Below are positions 19,631 through 29,126 of a stretch of 64,000 nucleotides of DNA, piece after piece (the stretch's first letter is position 1; every line of letters begins with the position of its first letter). This stretch comes from a virus: positions 1 through 64,000 of the IMG/VR virus record IMGVR_UViG_3300045988_182793; one strand, 5' to 3'. The position numbers and the translations under genes were made by a program. The notes beneath the pieces are model-generated. The model had not been told where the DNA came from. It ran no database searches and worked only from the letters and a program-made list of their open reading frames with translations.

Positions 19631-19671
19631 TAAGCACAAACAAAATAACGAATGAATAGGAGATACATACC

Positions 19672-20280
19672 ATGAGTGAACAGAATACCAATGCTCAGCT
19701 CGAAGCTTATCGGAAGCTCGTTGACGATTTCAAGCGCTTCGTCAGTTCTGAAATTCGGGCAGAAGAGAACAGCTACAGGATTGTGGACATGACTTCCGAA
19801 GATGCCGAAATCGATGACCCGAGCGTTCCGGTGACTCAACTGGAGGACGAAAAAGCAGAGAAGCTTGCCGGTATTTGCATGGACCTGTCCAATGCCACGC
19901 TGTGGCTCTACTACAACCGTGACAAATTTGCAAACGTCGAGTTTATGCCCCTGACTGATGAAACTCTGAAAGAATACCAGAAGCAGGCTCAGAATGCTCT
20001 GAATGAACCGAAGAGCCCTCTGTATCTGAAATCCTGGTATCAGCTCATTGAAATGTTGAGTCAGGAATGTATCCCGCAGCGCTACGAGGACGACGGTCAG
20101 CGATATACAGACGTCTATGTGAACACCTATATGCTCATGTACCTGACCATGACCCGACTCAAGAACGGCGGAACCTTTACACGCCTTGCAAACGGGCAGG
20201 GAAGCGATGCTGTGAAAATCACGACCATCGCAATGTACTACTTCTCCAGCCTTTTGACGGTTCTCTGCACTGAATATTAA
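19672..20280 (+). CDS. hypothetical protein (202 aa)
   Basis: RBS AGGAGA. Confidence 0.5.
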   Translation: MSEQNTNAQLEAYRKLVDDFKRFVSSEIRAEENSYRIVDMTSEDAEIDDPSVPVTQLEDEKAEKLAGICMDLSNATLWLYYNRDKFANVEFMPLTDETLKEYQKQAQNALNEPKSPLYLKSWYQLIEMLSQECIPQRYEDDGQRYTDVYVNTYMLMYLTMTRLKNGGTFTRLANGQGSDAVKITTIAMYYFSSLLTVLCTEY

Positions 20281-20290
20281 GAAATTTTTT

Positions 20291-20330
20291 CCCGTGTGAG
20301 CAGCGACGCTCATGCGGGAATTTTTTTGTA
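20291..20330 (+). terminator. rho-independent terminator
   Basis: CCCGTGTGAGC..GCTCATGCGGG + T7. Confidence 0.6.
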
Positions 20331-20337
20331 ATTTTCT

Positions 20338-20373
20338 ATTGTCAATCTGTGCGAATTACGTACAATGAAAAAT
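20338..20373 (+). promoter_or_regulatory. copy 7 of conserved promoter motif (TCTGTGCGAATTACGTACAAT)
   Basis: consensus match. Confidence 0.6.
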
Positions 20374-20399
20374 ATAAACCAAAAATATATCTTATCGTT

Positions 20400-20433
20400 G
20401 TCCCGCATGAGTTGTTTGTGCGGGACTTTTTTG
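20400..20433 (+). terminator. leader hairpin+T6 between promoter and gene (GTCCCGCA...TGCGGGAC)
   Basis: perfect 8-bp stem then TTTTTT, 22 nt before ATG 20455. Confidence 0.5.
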
Positions 20434-20454
20434 TTTGCGGAAAGGAAATGCACT

Positions 20455-20652
20455 ATGTACGGTTTATCAGAAGAAAGCTTAACGATTGTTGGTGTTATTT
20501 TGATTGTGGTTGGTGTCGCTATGATTGGTTGGGGATTTGAATGGAATCAGGACATTACCAATGATAAACGGGTCGGAACCGTTGTCAGAGACATTGGCGT
20601 TATGGTTTTGGCAACCGGCATTATATTTGTGATGCAGCGGGCAATGAACTAA
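20455..20652 (+). CDS. small membrane protein (65 aa, 2 TM)
   Basis: MYGLSEESLTIVGVILIVVGVAMIGWGF... Confidence 0.4.
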   Translation: MYGLSEESLTIVGVILIVVGVAMIGWGFEWNQDITNDKRVGTVVRDIGVMVLATGIIFVMQRAMN

Positions 20653-20707
20653 ATTGAGAAAAAGTAAGGCAGGCTCATTTCGGGCCTGCTTGTTTTTTGG
20701 GTGAAAT

Positions 20708-22903
20708 ATGATTACAACAAAGAAGATTGACCCACGGCCATATCAGCAGAAAGCTGCTGCGGCGATTCATAGAGAGTGGGATGCCGGGAATAAGAAAACG
20801 CTGGTTGTGATGCCGACCGGAACCGGCAAAACTATTGTGTTTGCAAGCATCGTGAACGACCAGGTGGCAAAGGGTGAACACGTTTTGATTCTTGCGCACC
20901 GGGAAGAGCTTTTACAGCAGGCAAGCGACAAGCTCAAGATGGTGACGGGGCTAGAGACCGCGTTAGAGAAAGCGCAAAGCTCGGCGCTCGATTCCGATAA
21001 GATGGTCGTGGTTGCCAGTGTTCAGACTCTCTCTAAGCAGAATCGGTTAATGAAGTATCCGCGTGATTATTTCGGGACTATCATCATTGATGAAGCGCAT
21101 CACACGGCAGCCAAAACTTACAAGGGAATTCTCGAGCATTTCATCGATGCCAAAGTGTTGGGCGTGACCGCAACACCCGACCGAAGCGACATGAAATCCC
21201 TATCTGATATCTTTGATAGTCTTGCATTTGAATATAAGCTCCCGGATGCAATTCGGGAAGGATATCTCTGCAAAATTAACACGAAGACAATTCCGGTCGA
21301 GGTAGACATCAGCAAGGTTCATATCAATGCCGGTGATTTCAGTGCTCAGGACCTCGGCAATGTTCTTGACCTGTATCTGGACACGATTGCGGATGCCATT
21401 GTGCGAGAATGCCAGAACCGAAAGACTGTCATCTTTACGCCTCTGGTACGAATCAGCAAAAGACTGTGTAATATCCTCAATAAGCGAAACTTCAAGACCG
21501 CAGAAGTCAATGGCGCGTCTGCGGACCGGAAGGACGTTCTGAAAGGGTTTGACAATGGCGAGTACAAGGCGCTGACGAACGCGATGCTCCTGACGGAAGG
21601 CTGGGATTGCCCGACCGTTGACTGTATCATCTGCTTGCGTCCTACCAAGAGCCGTAGCCTGTATGCGCAGATTGTGGGACGCGGAACACGCCTATGTGAA
21701 GGGAAAAAGAATCTTCTCGTGCTGGATTTCCTGTGGCTGACAAAGAAACATAGTCTTTGCCATCCTGCTGATATTTTCTGTGAAGACCCGGAAGTGGCAC
21801 AAAAGACCACCGATATGCTGGCGGATGCGGCACTCACCGGTTCGAATAGCCAGGAGAATTTCGGGAGTCCCGAATTGGGGCTGATTGAGGCAATCGAGGA
21901 AGCACAGACTGAGCTGGACGAGGAAAAGCGGAAAGCACTGTGTGAACTCGAAAAGCAGGATACGATTCAGCGCAAGCTCAAGGCACAGCGTCAAAAGCCG
22001 AGAGGATTGGTTGACCCGCTGCAGTACATTTTCAGCATCGAAGCGCCGGAACTCAACGATTATCAGCCGATGTTTGAGAGTGAGAGGCAGGAGCCTTCCG
22101 ATGACATCATCGATAGTATTTCGTGCTACGGCGTAAAAGGGGATGCCATCAAATCTCAGGGCCTTGCCGCTGCAATTCTCAAACGACTCATTGCTCGCAG
22201 AGCCAGCGGAATGGCTACCCCGAAACAGATTCGGTGTCTTGAAAGTTTTGGGTTCGTCCATGTTGGGCGCTGGACATTGCGCTATGCAAGCAGCTTTTTG
22301 GACATCATCAGTTCTCATGACTGGAAACTTCCGAATGGGTTCGACGCATCCACGCTGGACCCGGAAAAGAATACGGCAGAAGACCTCGCCAAGCTGTATC
22401 CAGACTACAAGGAAGATGAGACGAAGAAAGCACCGCGTGGGGATGCTTTCATCTGCTGCTACTACGATGCAAGCTACAATTTGGCTCGCAAGAAGGTCTG
22501 CAACAGTGAAAAAGAAATGTTGAATCTGTATTATTCACTGTTCAATACTTGCGAAGCAAAGTACTTCTATTATACGAAGGAAGCTGATGCCTGGATGGCA
22601 GAAAAGCAGAATCTAATTGCCAGAAAGACTGGAACACCGATTCCTGCCGCACAGCCGACTCAGGCAACACCCGCAGTACCTCCTCCCTTTGTCCCGACAG
22701 CTCCCGCTAAGAGCCACGAATATTATTGCTGCCTTGCCCGATGGGATGGGTCCTACATTGGCTATGAGATTTACAAGAGTGAGCAGGCAGCTCAGAATGC
22801 CCGAAAGCAGATTGCCCGGCGCGGTGAGACGGCAGTGTATGCCACAGTAGAGGAAGCCGAAGCGTGGGTCGAACAACAGAAGGCGGCAAGAACCAGGAGG
22901 TAA
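20708..22903 (+). CDS. DEAD/DEAH-box SF2 helicase (type III res-subunit-like) with ~330-aa unknown C-terminal region
   Basis: motif I MPTGTGKT, II DEAHH, III TATPDR, VI QIVGRGTR. Confidence 0.8.
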   Translation: MITTKKIDPRPYQQKAAAAIHREWDAGNKKTLVVMPTGTGKTIVFASIVNDQVAKGEHVLILAHREELLQQASDKLKMVTGLETALEKAQSSALDSDKMVVVASVQTLSKQNRLMKYPRDYFGTIIIDEAHHTAAKTYKGILEHFIDAKVLGVTATPDRSDMKSLSDIFDSLAFEYKLPDAIREGYLCKINTKTIPVEVDISKVHINAGDFSAQDLGNVLDLYLDTIADAIVRECQNRKTVIFTPLVRISKRLCNILNKRNFKTAEVNGASADRKDVLKGFDNGEYKALTNAMLLTEGWDCPTVDCIICLRPTKSRSLYAQIVGRGTRLCEGKKNLLVLDFLWLTKKHSLCHPADIFCEDPEVAQKTTDMLADAALTGSNSQENFGSPELGLIEAIEEAQTELDEEKRKALCELEKQDTIQRKLKAQRQKPRGLVDPLQYIFSIEAPELNDYQPMFESERQEPSDDIIDSISCYGVKGDAIKSQGLAAAILKRLIARRASGMATPKQIRCLESFGFVHVGRWTLRYASSFLDIISSHDWKLPNGFDASTLDPEKNTAEDLAKLYPDYKEDETKKAPRGDAFICCYYDASYNLARKKVCNSEKEMLNLYYSLFNTCEAKYFYYTKEADAWMAEKQNLIARKTGTPIPAAQPTQATPAVPPPFVPTAPAKSHEYYCCLARWDGSYIGYEIYKSEQAAQNARKQIARRGETAVYATVEEAEAWVEQQKAARTRR

Positions 22904-22907
22904 CAAG

Positions 22908-23462
22908 ATGCGTACAAACAAGACGGCAAGCCATATTTACTATGAGCTTGACCACGATGTGCAGGAATATGCGAAACGGCTTTTAGCCAAAAAAACTCTG
23001 CACGCGGTACGGCAGGACAATACTGCTTCATTGCCTGACGAAATGGCAAAAAAACTCTCCGAAACGGCAGTATTTCTGACCGAACGCCTCGCGCTTTTGT
23101 ATGAGCTGAATTCTGGATTCCGAGGCATCCGATTCAGCACTTTCGGAGAACAACCTGCTGTTTACACTACCATGGTCCAGCACAATGCTCCGCTGTACGA
23201 TGAGCTGATGCTTGGACGGGCCTATAACCTTGCCAACTACCTTGCTGCTGATAACGCGAATATCAAAGAATCTGCTTTGATGAAGCACAAGGTTTTGGCA
23301 GCAATTTATAGTGCCGCTGCACACATGAAAGGGCAGACTCCGGAGCGGAGAAAAATCTCGATTCAGAGCCAGATGTTTGTGTCTACGGCAATAGAGCTGT
23401 TTGATGGTCTTTTGAGTGCAGCGGCAGAGAAAAAGAACGGCGGCGATAAAAGTGCCGCCTGA
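22908..23462 (+). CDS. hypothetical protein (184 aa)
   Basis: ORF only. Confidence 0.45.
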   Translation: MRTNKTASHIYYELDHDVQEYAKRLLAKKTLHAVRQDNTASLPDEMAKKLSETAVFLTERLALLYELNSGFRGIRFSTFGEQPAVYTTMVQHNAPLYDELMLGRAYNLANYLAADNANIKESALMKHKVLAAIYSAAAHMKGQTPERRKISIQSQMFVSTAIELFDGLLSAAAEKKNGGDKSAA

Positions 23463-23484
23463 GTTAGAAATTAGGGGAGTTTGC

Positions 23485-23937
23485 ATGATTCGAGTTAAGA
23501 AAGAGAACCACCGTAGTTGGTTCATGAGCAACTATTATCCTTGCGAATTTGTGATGAATGGGATTCGTTACAAGAACGCCGAGGCAGCATTCCAGAGTCA
23601 CAAGGTCCCACTGGAAGAGCGCAGACAGTTTGCGGACATGCCACCGGCTTCTGCCAAGCGCTTTGGCCGCAATGTAGCTATCCCCGCAAACTGGGATGAG
23701 GCTCGGGACGACGTGATGCGCCGCGTGGTGATGGCCAAGTTCGAGCAGAATGAGGACCTCAAACAGCGCCTCCTCGAAACGGGTACACAGCTTATTGAGG
23801 AGGATACTACCAGCTGGCATGACAATTACTGGGGCAACTGCCACTGCCAGAAATGCCGGAACATCCCGGGTCAGAATCGGCTCGGAATCATTCTCATGGA
23901 AACGAGAGATAAGCTGAAAAAGCAAGCGGGCAAATAA
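23485..23937 (+). CDS. NADAR / YbiA-like (DUF1768) N-glycosidase-family protein
   Basis: VMRRVVMAKFEQNEDLKQRLLETG...WHDNYWG...GQNRLGIILMETR closely parallels E. coli YbiA. Confidence 0.8.
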   Translation: MIRVKKENHRSWFMSNYYPCEFVMNGIRYKNAEAAFQSHKVPLEERRQFADMPPASAKRFGRNVAIPANWDEARDDVMRRVVMAKFEQNEDLKQRLLETGTQLIEEDTTSWHDNYWGNCHCQKCRNIPGQNRLGIILMETRDKLKKQAGK

Positions 23938-24047
23938 TGCTTGCAATGCATTGCGGGTTCCATATAATTAAAACCGTAATCAAAAAGAACTATCTTTTGC
24001 GAGGACTCCGTTGCCGACGGTGTTCTCGTTTTCTTTTGTTCAAACGC

Positions 24048-24092
24048 AAAAGGCTGCCGCCCAGTAATGGGTAGCAGCCTTATTTTTTTTGT
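24048..24092. terminator. bidirectional terminator
   Basis: GGCTGC...GCAGCC stem, A-run upstream, T8 downstream. Confidence 0.65.
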
Positions 24093-24141
24093 TTGTATCA
24101 ACCGATAGGGCAGCAAATCATCTTACCGCGTTCAGAACGAT

Positions 24142-26028
24142 TCACTGCACAATCTCGCCAAGGTCGTTTGCATATTTCGGGTCACACATCATGAAGTAGT
24201 TGACGGGGCCGTACTCCAGACCGAGCTCCTGCGCGTATGCCTTGATAGCTTCCAGAACGTCCTCTTTCTTGAGGCCAAACTTGGAATGCAGACGGGCAAA
24301 CTCTTTGTCAGAGACAGAAACGCAAGAGCAATTTTCTGCATCGGTTTCTTTGCTGCCCAGCATCCCGTCAAAGATGTCCTGCCCTGCACAGAGAATCGTC
24401 TCATTGTTCATCGCATAGGCGATAACGGAAGCCTTACAGTCAAAGTCGCTGTCTTCCACAAGGAAATCCTCAGGGCGGCCGTGACGTTCAACAACGTTTT
24501 CATAGATGTCCCGGAGTTCGATAGGAGCAGAAGGAGCGGTCAGCGCTGCTTTATGAAGGCGCATAAATTCCACAAGCTTTTCATCCGAGAGGGTATCGGT
24601 ATAAAAGCCGATGCCGGAAACGCGAACCTTCACTTCGCTGGCAAAGTAATCGTCAATTTTGGAGACGATTTTCTGCTGGACCCGCTTGTATGCTTCCTGA
24701 ACATTGGAAGCCGTGTAAAATACCGGGAACTTCATGATGTCGATTCCCTCCGGCAGACTCGCGTCATAGGCCGCATCAATGCCGCCTCGCAGCGTCGGAA
24801 CCGCGTCATGCAGCTCTTTCACAGAAGAAATGTATCCGGTAATGTACAGCTCATCGTTTTTGCTGTAATGCCCGATAAGTCCCACATAGAGGGTCTGCAT
24901 CAGCATCCGCTTGAAGCTGAACCAACAAAGACGAATAGGTAGAATGACATTAGCAGCCGTACCTTCCGCACGATAGGTGCCGGGGGCAGAGACCTTTTCC
25001 AGCAGAATCTGGTCGTTCTTGTCACCGTATTTTTCCTTGAAAAGAGCTTGAAGAATTTCAGTGGACGAAAGAGGAGTGGACATTGGAATCGTTTCATTCA
25101 GAAAAGAGAGGAATGCATCCACGTTGTCTTTCTGCCATGCGTCATCAGACATGCTTGCACGCTGCATAGAGAGCTTGTCTTTCCCGTCGTCAGGCAAGGG
25201 CTCATACCCACAGGCGATACGAAGCTCGTTCTCCGTGACAGCATCCGTTGCGCTTGCAATTTTCTTGATGGTATTCTCGGTCGGCTGAGCTTTCGCGTTG
25301 CCGTTCGCAAGGTTACTGATATATCCACGAGTCAGCCCCGCTTGAAACGCAAACTTACCCTGTGTGCGGGTTCCGATGGCTTTTTTGACCAGCGATGCCA
25401 GCCTTTGAAAGTCGGGCTCTTTGGGAAAGGTGGCCTCCGTATCCTTATTGCTGTTCTTTTCAAGTACCGACTTGTCCCAACCGGTGACAAGAGAATACCC
25501 AATATCCTTCAAGGATTGATAGGCAACCCCATTCTGGTCAAGAGCCGGGGAGTAAATACCGCTGTTATCTTCCAGCTGCTCTACTGCCTCACGCACCATC
25601 CTTGCTTCGTTCATCAGGATGACGTCCGGGGCTTCAAGCCGGGCAAGACTCTTGTACCGATTATTGAGGCGCTCGACTCGTGCGGCCAATGCAGTGATGT
25701 TGGCAACTTGGTCTTCCGTTGCATGGGCAGAGATATCTGCACCAAGTTCAAAATGGTTCAGTGCAGGAATATCCACGCCTTTGCTCTTGGCGAATTCCAC
25801 AATGGCTTCCGCGCCATAGAAACGCTTCTCATGGGCTGCGACAACTTTCGTTATCGTGTCGGCCGAGTTGTCCAGCTCAAGCACTTCACCTTTTCCGGCA
25901 TCCTCGACATAACACCTGGCGTTGGTGAGAAAGCCTTTCAAAAAATCAGCATCCACATCCAGATTCTTAGCGATGCCGGGCAGCTGCTTATAGAAAATCA
26001 CGGGCGTGGCGAGGTTAACAGAAATCAT
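24142..26028 (-). CDS. large reverse-strand protein (628 aa) with internal XRE-like HTH (GKFAFQAGLTRGYISNLANG)
   Basis: only long minus-strand gene inside the + block; own AT-rich promoter region 26030-26240. Confidence 0.6.
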   Translation of the reverse strand: MISVNLATPVIFYKQLPGIAKNLDVDADFLKGFLTNARCYVEDAGKGEVLELDNSADTITKVVAAHEKRFYGAEAIVEFAKSKGVDIPALNHFELGADISAHATEDQVANITALAARVERLNNRYKSLARLEAPDVILMNEARMVREAVEQLEDNSGIYSPALDQNGVAYQSLKDIGYSLVTGWDKSVLEKNSNKDTEATFPKEPDFQRLASLVKKAIGTRTQGKFAFQAGLTRGYISNLANGNAKAQPTENTIKKIASATDAVTENELRIACGYEPLPDDGKDKLSMQRASMSDDAWQKDNVDAFLSFLNETIPMSTPLSSTEILQALFKEKYGDKNDQILLEKVSAPGTYRAEGTAANVILPIRLCWFSFKRMLMQTLYVGLIGHYSKNDELYITGYISSVKELHDAVPTLRGGIDAAYDASLPEGIDIMKFPVFYTASNVQEAYKRVQQKIVSKIDDYFASEVKVRVSGIGFYTDTLSDEKLVEFMRLHKAALTAPSAPIELRDIYENVVERHGRPEDFLVEDSDFDCKASVIAYAMNNETILCAGQDIFDGMLGSKETDAENCSCVSVSDKEFARLHSKFGLKKEDVLEAIKAYAQELGLEYGPVNYFMMCDPKYANDLGEIVQ

Positions 26029-26029
26029 G

Positions 26030-26240
26030 GTGTACTCCTTTCAGATGTGTCATTTGCTGTATAATAATGTCATCTTCTGTAATTATAATAGCACATCTCT
26101 CGCCAAAAAGCAAGCATGAATTTACAATAAATGACAATAAAACACACAAGATGACATATTTGAGCAAAGCAATTGATTCTTGAGCTTTCCGGCTTGGTGA
26201 CGGAACAAGCTCTATGCGCCTTGTCTTTACCACAGTTTTG
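26030..26240. promoter_or_regulatory. divergent promoter region with 4 TGTCAT/ATGACA half-sites
   Basis: gtgtcatttg, aatgtcatct, aaatgacaat, agatgacata read directly. Confidence 0.45.
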
Positions 26241-26275
26241 CCTTGTACATCCGTGCGAATTAAATACAATTAAAG
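26240..26275 (+). promoter_or_regulatory. copy 8 of conserved promoter motif (TCCGTGCGAATTAAATACAAT)
   Basis: consensus match. Confidence 0.6.
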
Positions 26276-26319
26276 ATGTCGAAAGATAAAGCACAACACA
26301 CAAAAAAGGAAATTTCACT

Positions 26320-26640
26320 ATGAACACCAGTATTTTGAAACTCAAAGCCACTGTAATCCGCCCCAAAGACGATGATGAACTTGACGGCCTTGCCGCATCC
26401 ATCAGCTTTCCCGTCGAATGCGATGATGAAGCAATTGGCGAGGCTCTGGGCGACCATGACCTGATGGCCTATGTTGTCGGAGAGCTACACGACCTCGTTG
26501 TCCGAATGCGTCCCGAATGGCTGGATAATGAGGATACTAGCCTGACCATCAAGGCATTCCTGGACGAAGCTGAGTACCAGACGTTCAAGGGCCTTGTCGC
26601 GATGAAAGAAGACAGCTACACCTTTGTTATTGAGGGCTAA
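26320..26640 (+). CDS. hypothetical acidic protein (106 aa)
   Basis: ORF with RBS AAAGGAAA. Confidence 0.5.
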   Translation: MNTSILKLKATVIRPKDDDELDGLAASISFPVECDDEAIGEALGDHDLMAYVVGELHDLVVRMRPEWLDNEDTSLTIKAFLDEAEYQTFKGLVAMKEDSYTFVIEG

Positions 26641-26763
26641 ACACCACAGAGCAAAAAGCAAACCAAGCCTGCAGTAAAATGCGGGTAGGACTTTTTTGTT
26701 TGCGTAGCTGCATCCTTTTGTCCGCAGAAACCGTAGGTGCCAGGATGCGTAGCTGCCGATGTG

Positions 26764-26800
26764 TCTTGACCCGGCGTGCGAATCTCATACAATCAAATCT
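26764..26800 (+). promoter_or_regulatory. copy 9 of conserved promoter motif (GGCGTGCGAATCTCATACAAT), no obvious gene before next copy
   Basis: preceded by direct repeat GCGTAGCTGC x2 (26701-26750). Confidence 0.5.
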
Positions 26801-26869
26801 GTACGAAAGATACTATGCACACAATAGAATTCACACTAAGCTGCTCAGTGGCCTTATGGCTATTGGGTA

Positions 26870-26905
26870 GCTTTTTCTTTTGTGCGAACTGCGTACAATA
26901 AAAAT
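26870..26905 (+). promoter_or_regulatory. copy 10 of conserved promoter motif (TTTGTGCGAACTGCGTACAAT)
   Basis: consensus match. Confidence 0.6.
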
Positions 26906-26922
26906 CAGACGGAGGAACAACT

Positions 26923-27330
26923 ATGAAAAAATTTATTGGGACTGCTCTGGTGCTGTGCTGCCTGGCTCTACCTTTGGCTGGCTGTGAGGACGCAATCAGC
27001 ACTGTGACAAGTACCACAATGTCTGAACTCGAAGATATCCCGAACCAGATATTGGCCACACCGGAAAGTGCTGAGATGAAACCGGAATACAATTACATCC
27101 ATTTTCGTTACGACAACATCTGGACTGTATCTGCCCTCGTGAACTACGAAATCGTGGACAACGGCCAAAACATAAAATTTGAAATCAACGATAGTCGTTA
27201 TCGAGACAAGGTTTTTTATACCAGCATGTCGAATGTAGAGCTCGTATACCGAGACGATAGCGTTGATTATCGCACGGGCTATGCGGTTTATCCGGGGAAT
27301 GCCTCGAAATTTGGAAAAGGTGGTAAGTGA
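26923..27330 (+). CDS. small lipoprotein (MKKFIGTALVLCCLALPLAGC)
   Basis: signal peptide + lipobox. Confidence 0.6.
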   Translation: MKKFIGTALVLCCLALPLAGCEDAISTVTSTTMSELEDIPNQILATPESAEMKPEYNYIHFRYDNIWTVSALVNYEIVDNGQNIKFEINDSRYRDKVFYTSMSNVELVYRDDSVDYRTGYAVYPGNASKFGKGGK

Positions 27331-27331
27331 G

Positions 27332-27808
27332 ATGAGCATAAATTTTGTTGATGGCAATATTTTTTCACGACTGTCAACGAACAAGACGACATATATCTGC
27401 CAACAAGTGAATTGTAAAGGTGTAATGGGAGCTGGACTTGCCATGCAAATTTGCATCCAATGGCCGGTGGTATATCAGCGCTATCTGGAGTTTTGCTATG
27501 GAAACGACGGCAACAAGCTCGGTACTTATCAGGAGGTTCTGGTAGAACCGAAGCTGTATGTCGTGAATCTGTTCGGGCAGAATGGTTATAGCCGAGGTGA
27601 AAGGCAGACGAATTATGCTGCACTGGCGGCTGCGCTGTTCTCGTTTTTTAGAGACTGCGCTCAAAAGTATCAGGACGTAACTATCCGGTTGCCATATGGT
27701 TTAGGCTGCGGACTTGCCGGAGGTGACTGGAATACGGTTCTGGACATCATCAGCGATGCAGCAAAAGCCTGGAATCTGAATGTTGAGATTTGGGAACTCC
27801 AACAGTAA
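27332..27808 (+). CDS. Macro-domain (ADP-ribose binding/hydrolase)-like protein
   Basis: QQVNCKGVMGAGLAMQI resembles VNAAN..L.GGGV.GAI motif; later RLPYGLGCGLAGGDW. Confidence 0.55.
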   Translation: MSINFVDGNIFSRLSTNKTTYICQQVNCKGVMGAGLAMQICIQWPVVYQRYLEFCYGNDGNKLGTYQEVLVEPKLYVVNLFGQNGYSRGERQTNYAALAAALFSFFRDCAQKYQDVTIRLPYGLGCGLAGGDWNTVLDIISDAAKAWNLNVEIWELQQ

Positions 27809-27812
27809 TAGC

Positions 27813-27852
27813 AGAAAGACCCTTACCGAAAATCGGTAGGGGTCTTTCTTTT
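27813..27852 (+). terminator. rho-independent terminator
   Basis: AAAGACCCTTACCG..CGGTAGGGGTCTTT + T-run. Confidence 0.7.
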
Positions 27853-27965
27853 CTGTAGGGATGCAAATATGTACAGATTGCAAACAAATGACACCTGCCG
27901 TTGCAGAAAAAGCACGATAGTGGGATAATATTAGTAAAGAAACAACAACATCATCAGTAAAGTAA

Positions 27966-28955
27966 GTGAAAAAGCCTATGACAAACGCAGAACTAAAAGC
28001 AATCGTCCAGCGCGAGGAATACGATTTCCTGCACACCAACAAACACTTGGGGAGCAACATTTTATTCCTAACGCTTAGCGGCAGTCATGCCTACGGAACC
28101 AACGTCGAAGGCTCCGATATCGATATACGTGGCGTGGCAGGCTCACCCGAAATCTTAGGGTTTAACCGCTTCGAGCAGGCCATTGACAACCGGACAGATA
28201 CAGTCATCTACGCTGTGAACAAGTTCGTCGGCTTGCTTGCGCAGGGTAATCCCAGCATTATCGAACTTCTTGGCAATGACCCGGAGCTATATGTGAACAT
28301 GACGCCGGAAGGCCAAATGCTGCTTGACAATAGGGAACTGTTCTTGACTCGGCGCATTGCCTACAGCTATGGCGGCTTTGCGAACGACCAGCTCAGACGT
28401 TTGCAGATGGGACTCCTTCGTAATGGGGCCTCGCCGGAAGCATTCAAGAACAAATTCGAAAAGAGAAGCCTGGAACGGTCGATTACCGGATGGGGCAAGG
28501 ATGACATTTTTGAAATTTCCATCAGTGAGGATACAGATGAAGAAGGCAAACATCCGCTCCTGATTTCTGGCAGCTTGAACGATTATCCAGTCACCTCTCT
28601 AAAGTCGCTGCTAAAGAGTCTGACTACGACCATCGACCAGTATGAGCAGCCGCAGCATCCAAAAGCACAAAAAGATGCTGCCCACATCAACAAACACGCG
28701 ATGCACATTGTGCGGTTGTACTACACGGCGTTCGATATTCTGGAAAAAGGCGAGATTATCACTCGCCGAGACAAGGAACGCGAGGAACTGTTGGCGATTC
28801 GCAACGGCAAGTACCTGCGTGAAGACGGGTCGTACGCACCCGAATTCTTTGAGCTTGTTGATGCACTCGAAAAGAGATTTCAGTATGATGTGAAGAAGAC
28901 GATTGAAGAACTGTTGGTAGAAATCAATAAGTCGTATCTGCGACGCGTTTTTTGA
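27966..28955 (+). CDS. Pol-beta-superfamily nucleotidyltransferase (RlaP/DUF2204-like)
   Basis: GSHAYGTNVEGSDIDIRGV (GS...DxD) near N-terminus; LLAQGNPSIIELL. Confidence 0.55.
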   Translation: MKKPMTNAELKAIVQREEYDFLHTNKHLGSNILFLTLSGSHAYGTNVEGSDIDIRGVAGSPEILGFNRFEQAIDNRTDTVIYAVNKFVGLLAQGNPSIIELLGNDPELYVNMTPEGQMLLDNRELFLTRRIAYSYGGFANDQLRRLQMGLLRNGASPEAFKNKFEKRSLERSITGWGKDDIFEISISEDTDEEGKHPLLISGSLNDYPVTSLKSLLKSLTTTIDQYEQPQHPKAQKDAAHINKHAMHIVRLYYTAFDILEKGEIITRRDKEREELLAIRNGKYLREDGSYAPEFFELVDALEKRFQYDVKKTIEELLVEINKSYLRRVF

Positions 28956-29005
28956 CGCACTCCCACCCCTTACGGAGTGGGCTTTCCCGGCGCGGGGACT
29001 GTAAA

Positions 29006-29040
29006 ATAAAGCTTGCACATCTGTGCGAATCAGATATAAT
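29006..29040 (+). promoter_or_regulatory. copy 11 of conserved promoter motif (TTGCACATCTGTGCGAATCAGATATAAT)
   Basis: best consensus copy: TTGCAC-16-TATAAT. Confidence 0.65.
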
Positions 29041-29063
29041 AACCCTAATAAGATAAAAATTGT

Positions 29064-29110
29064 GCCCTGACGGCATCTGAATTGGATGCTGCCGGGGCAT
29101 TTTTGTTTGT
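29064..29110 (+). terminator. leader hairpin+T-run between promoter and UvrD-like gene
   Basis: 14-bp stem GCCCTGACGGCATC/GATGCTGCCGGGGC then ATTTTTGTTTG. Confidence 0.5.
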
Positions 29111-29126
29111 TAAGGAGAATTTGGCT

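Noticed and set aside
24286-26064. + strand ORFs 24286-24942 and 25048-26064
   Set aside because: Both lie inside the 628-aa minus-strand gene, which has its own promoter and terminator context.
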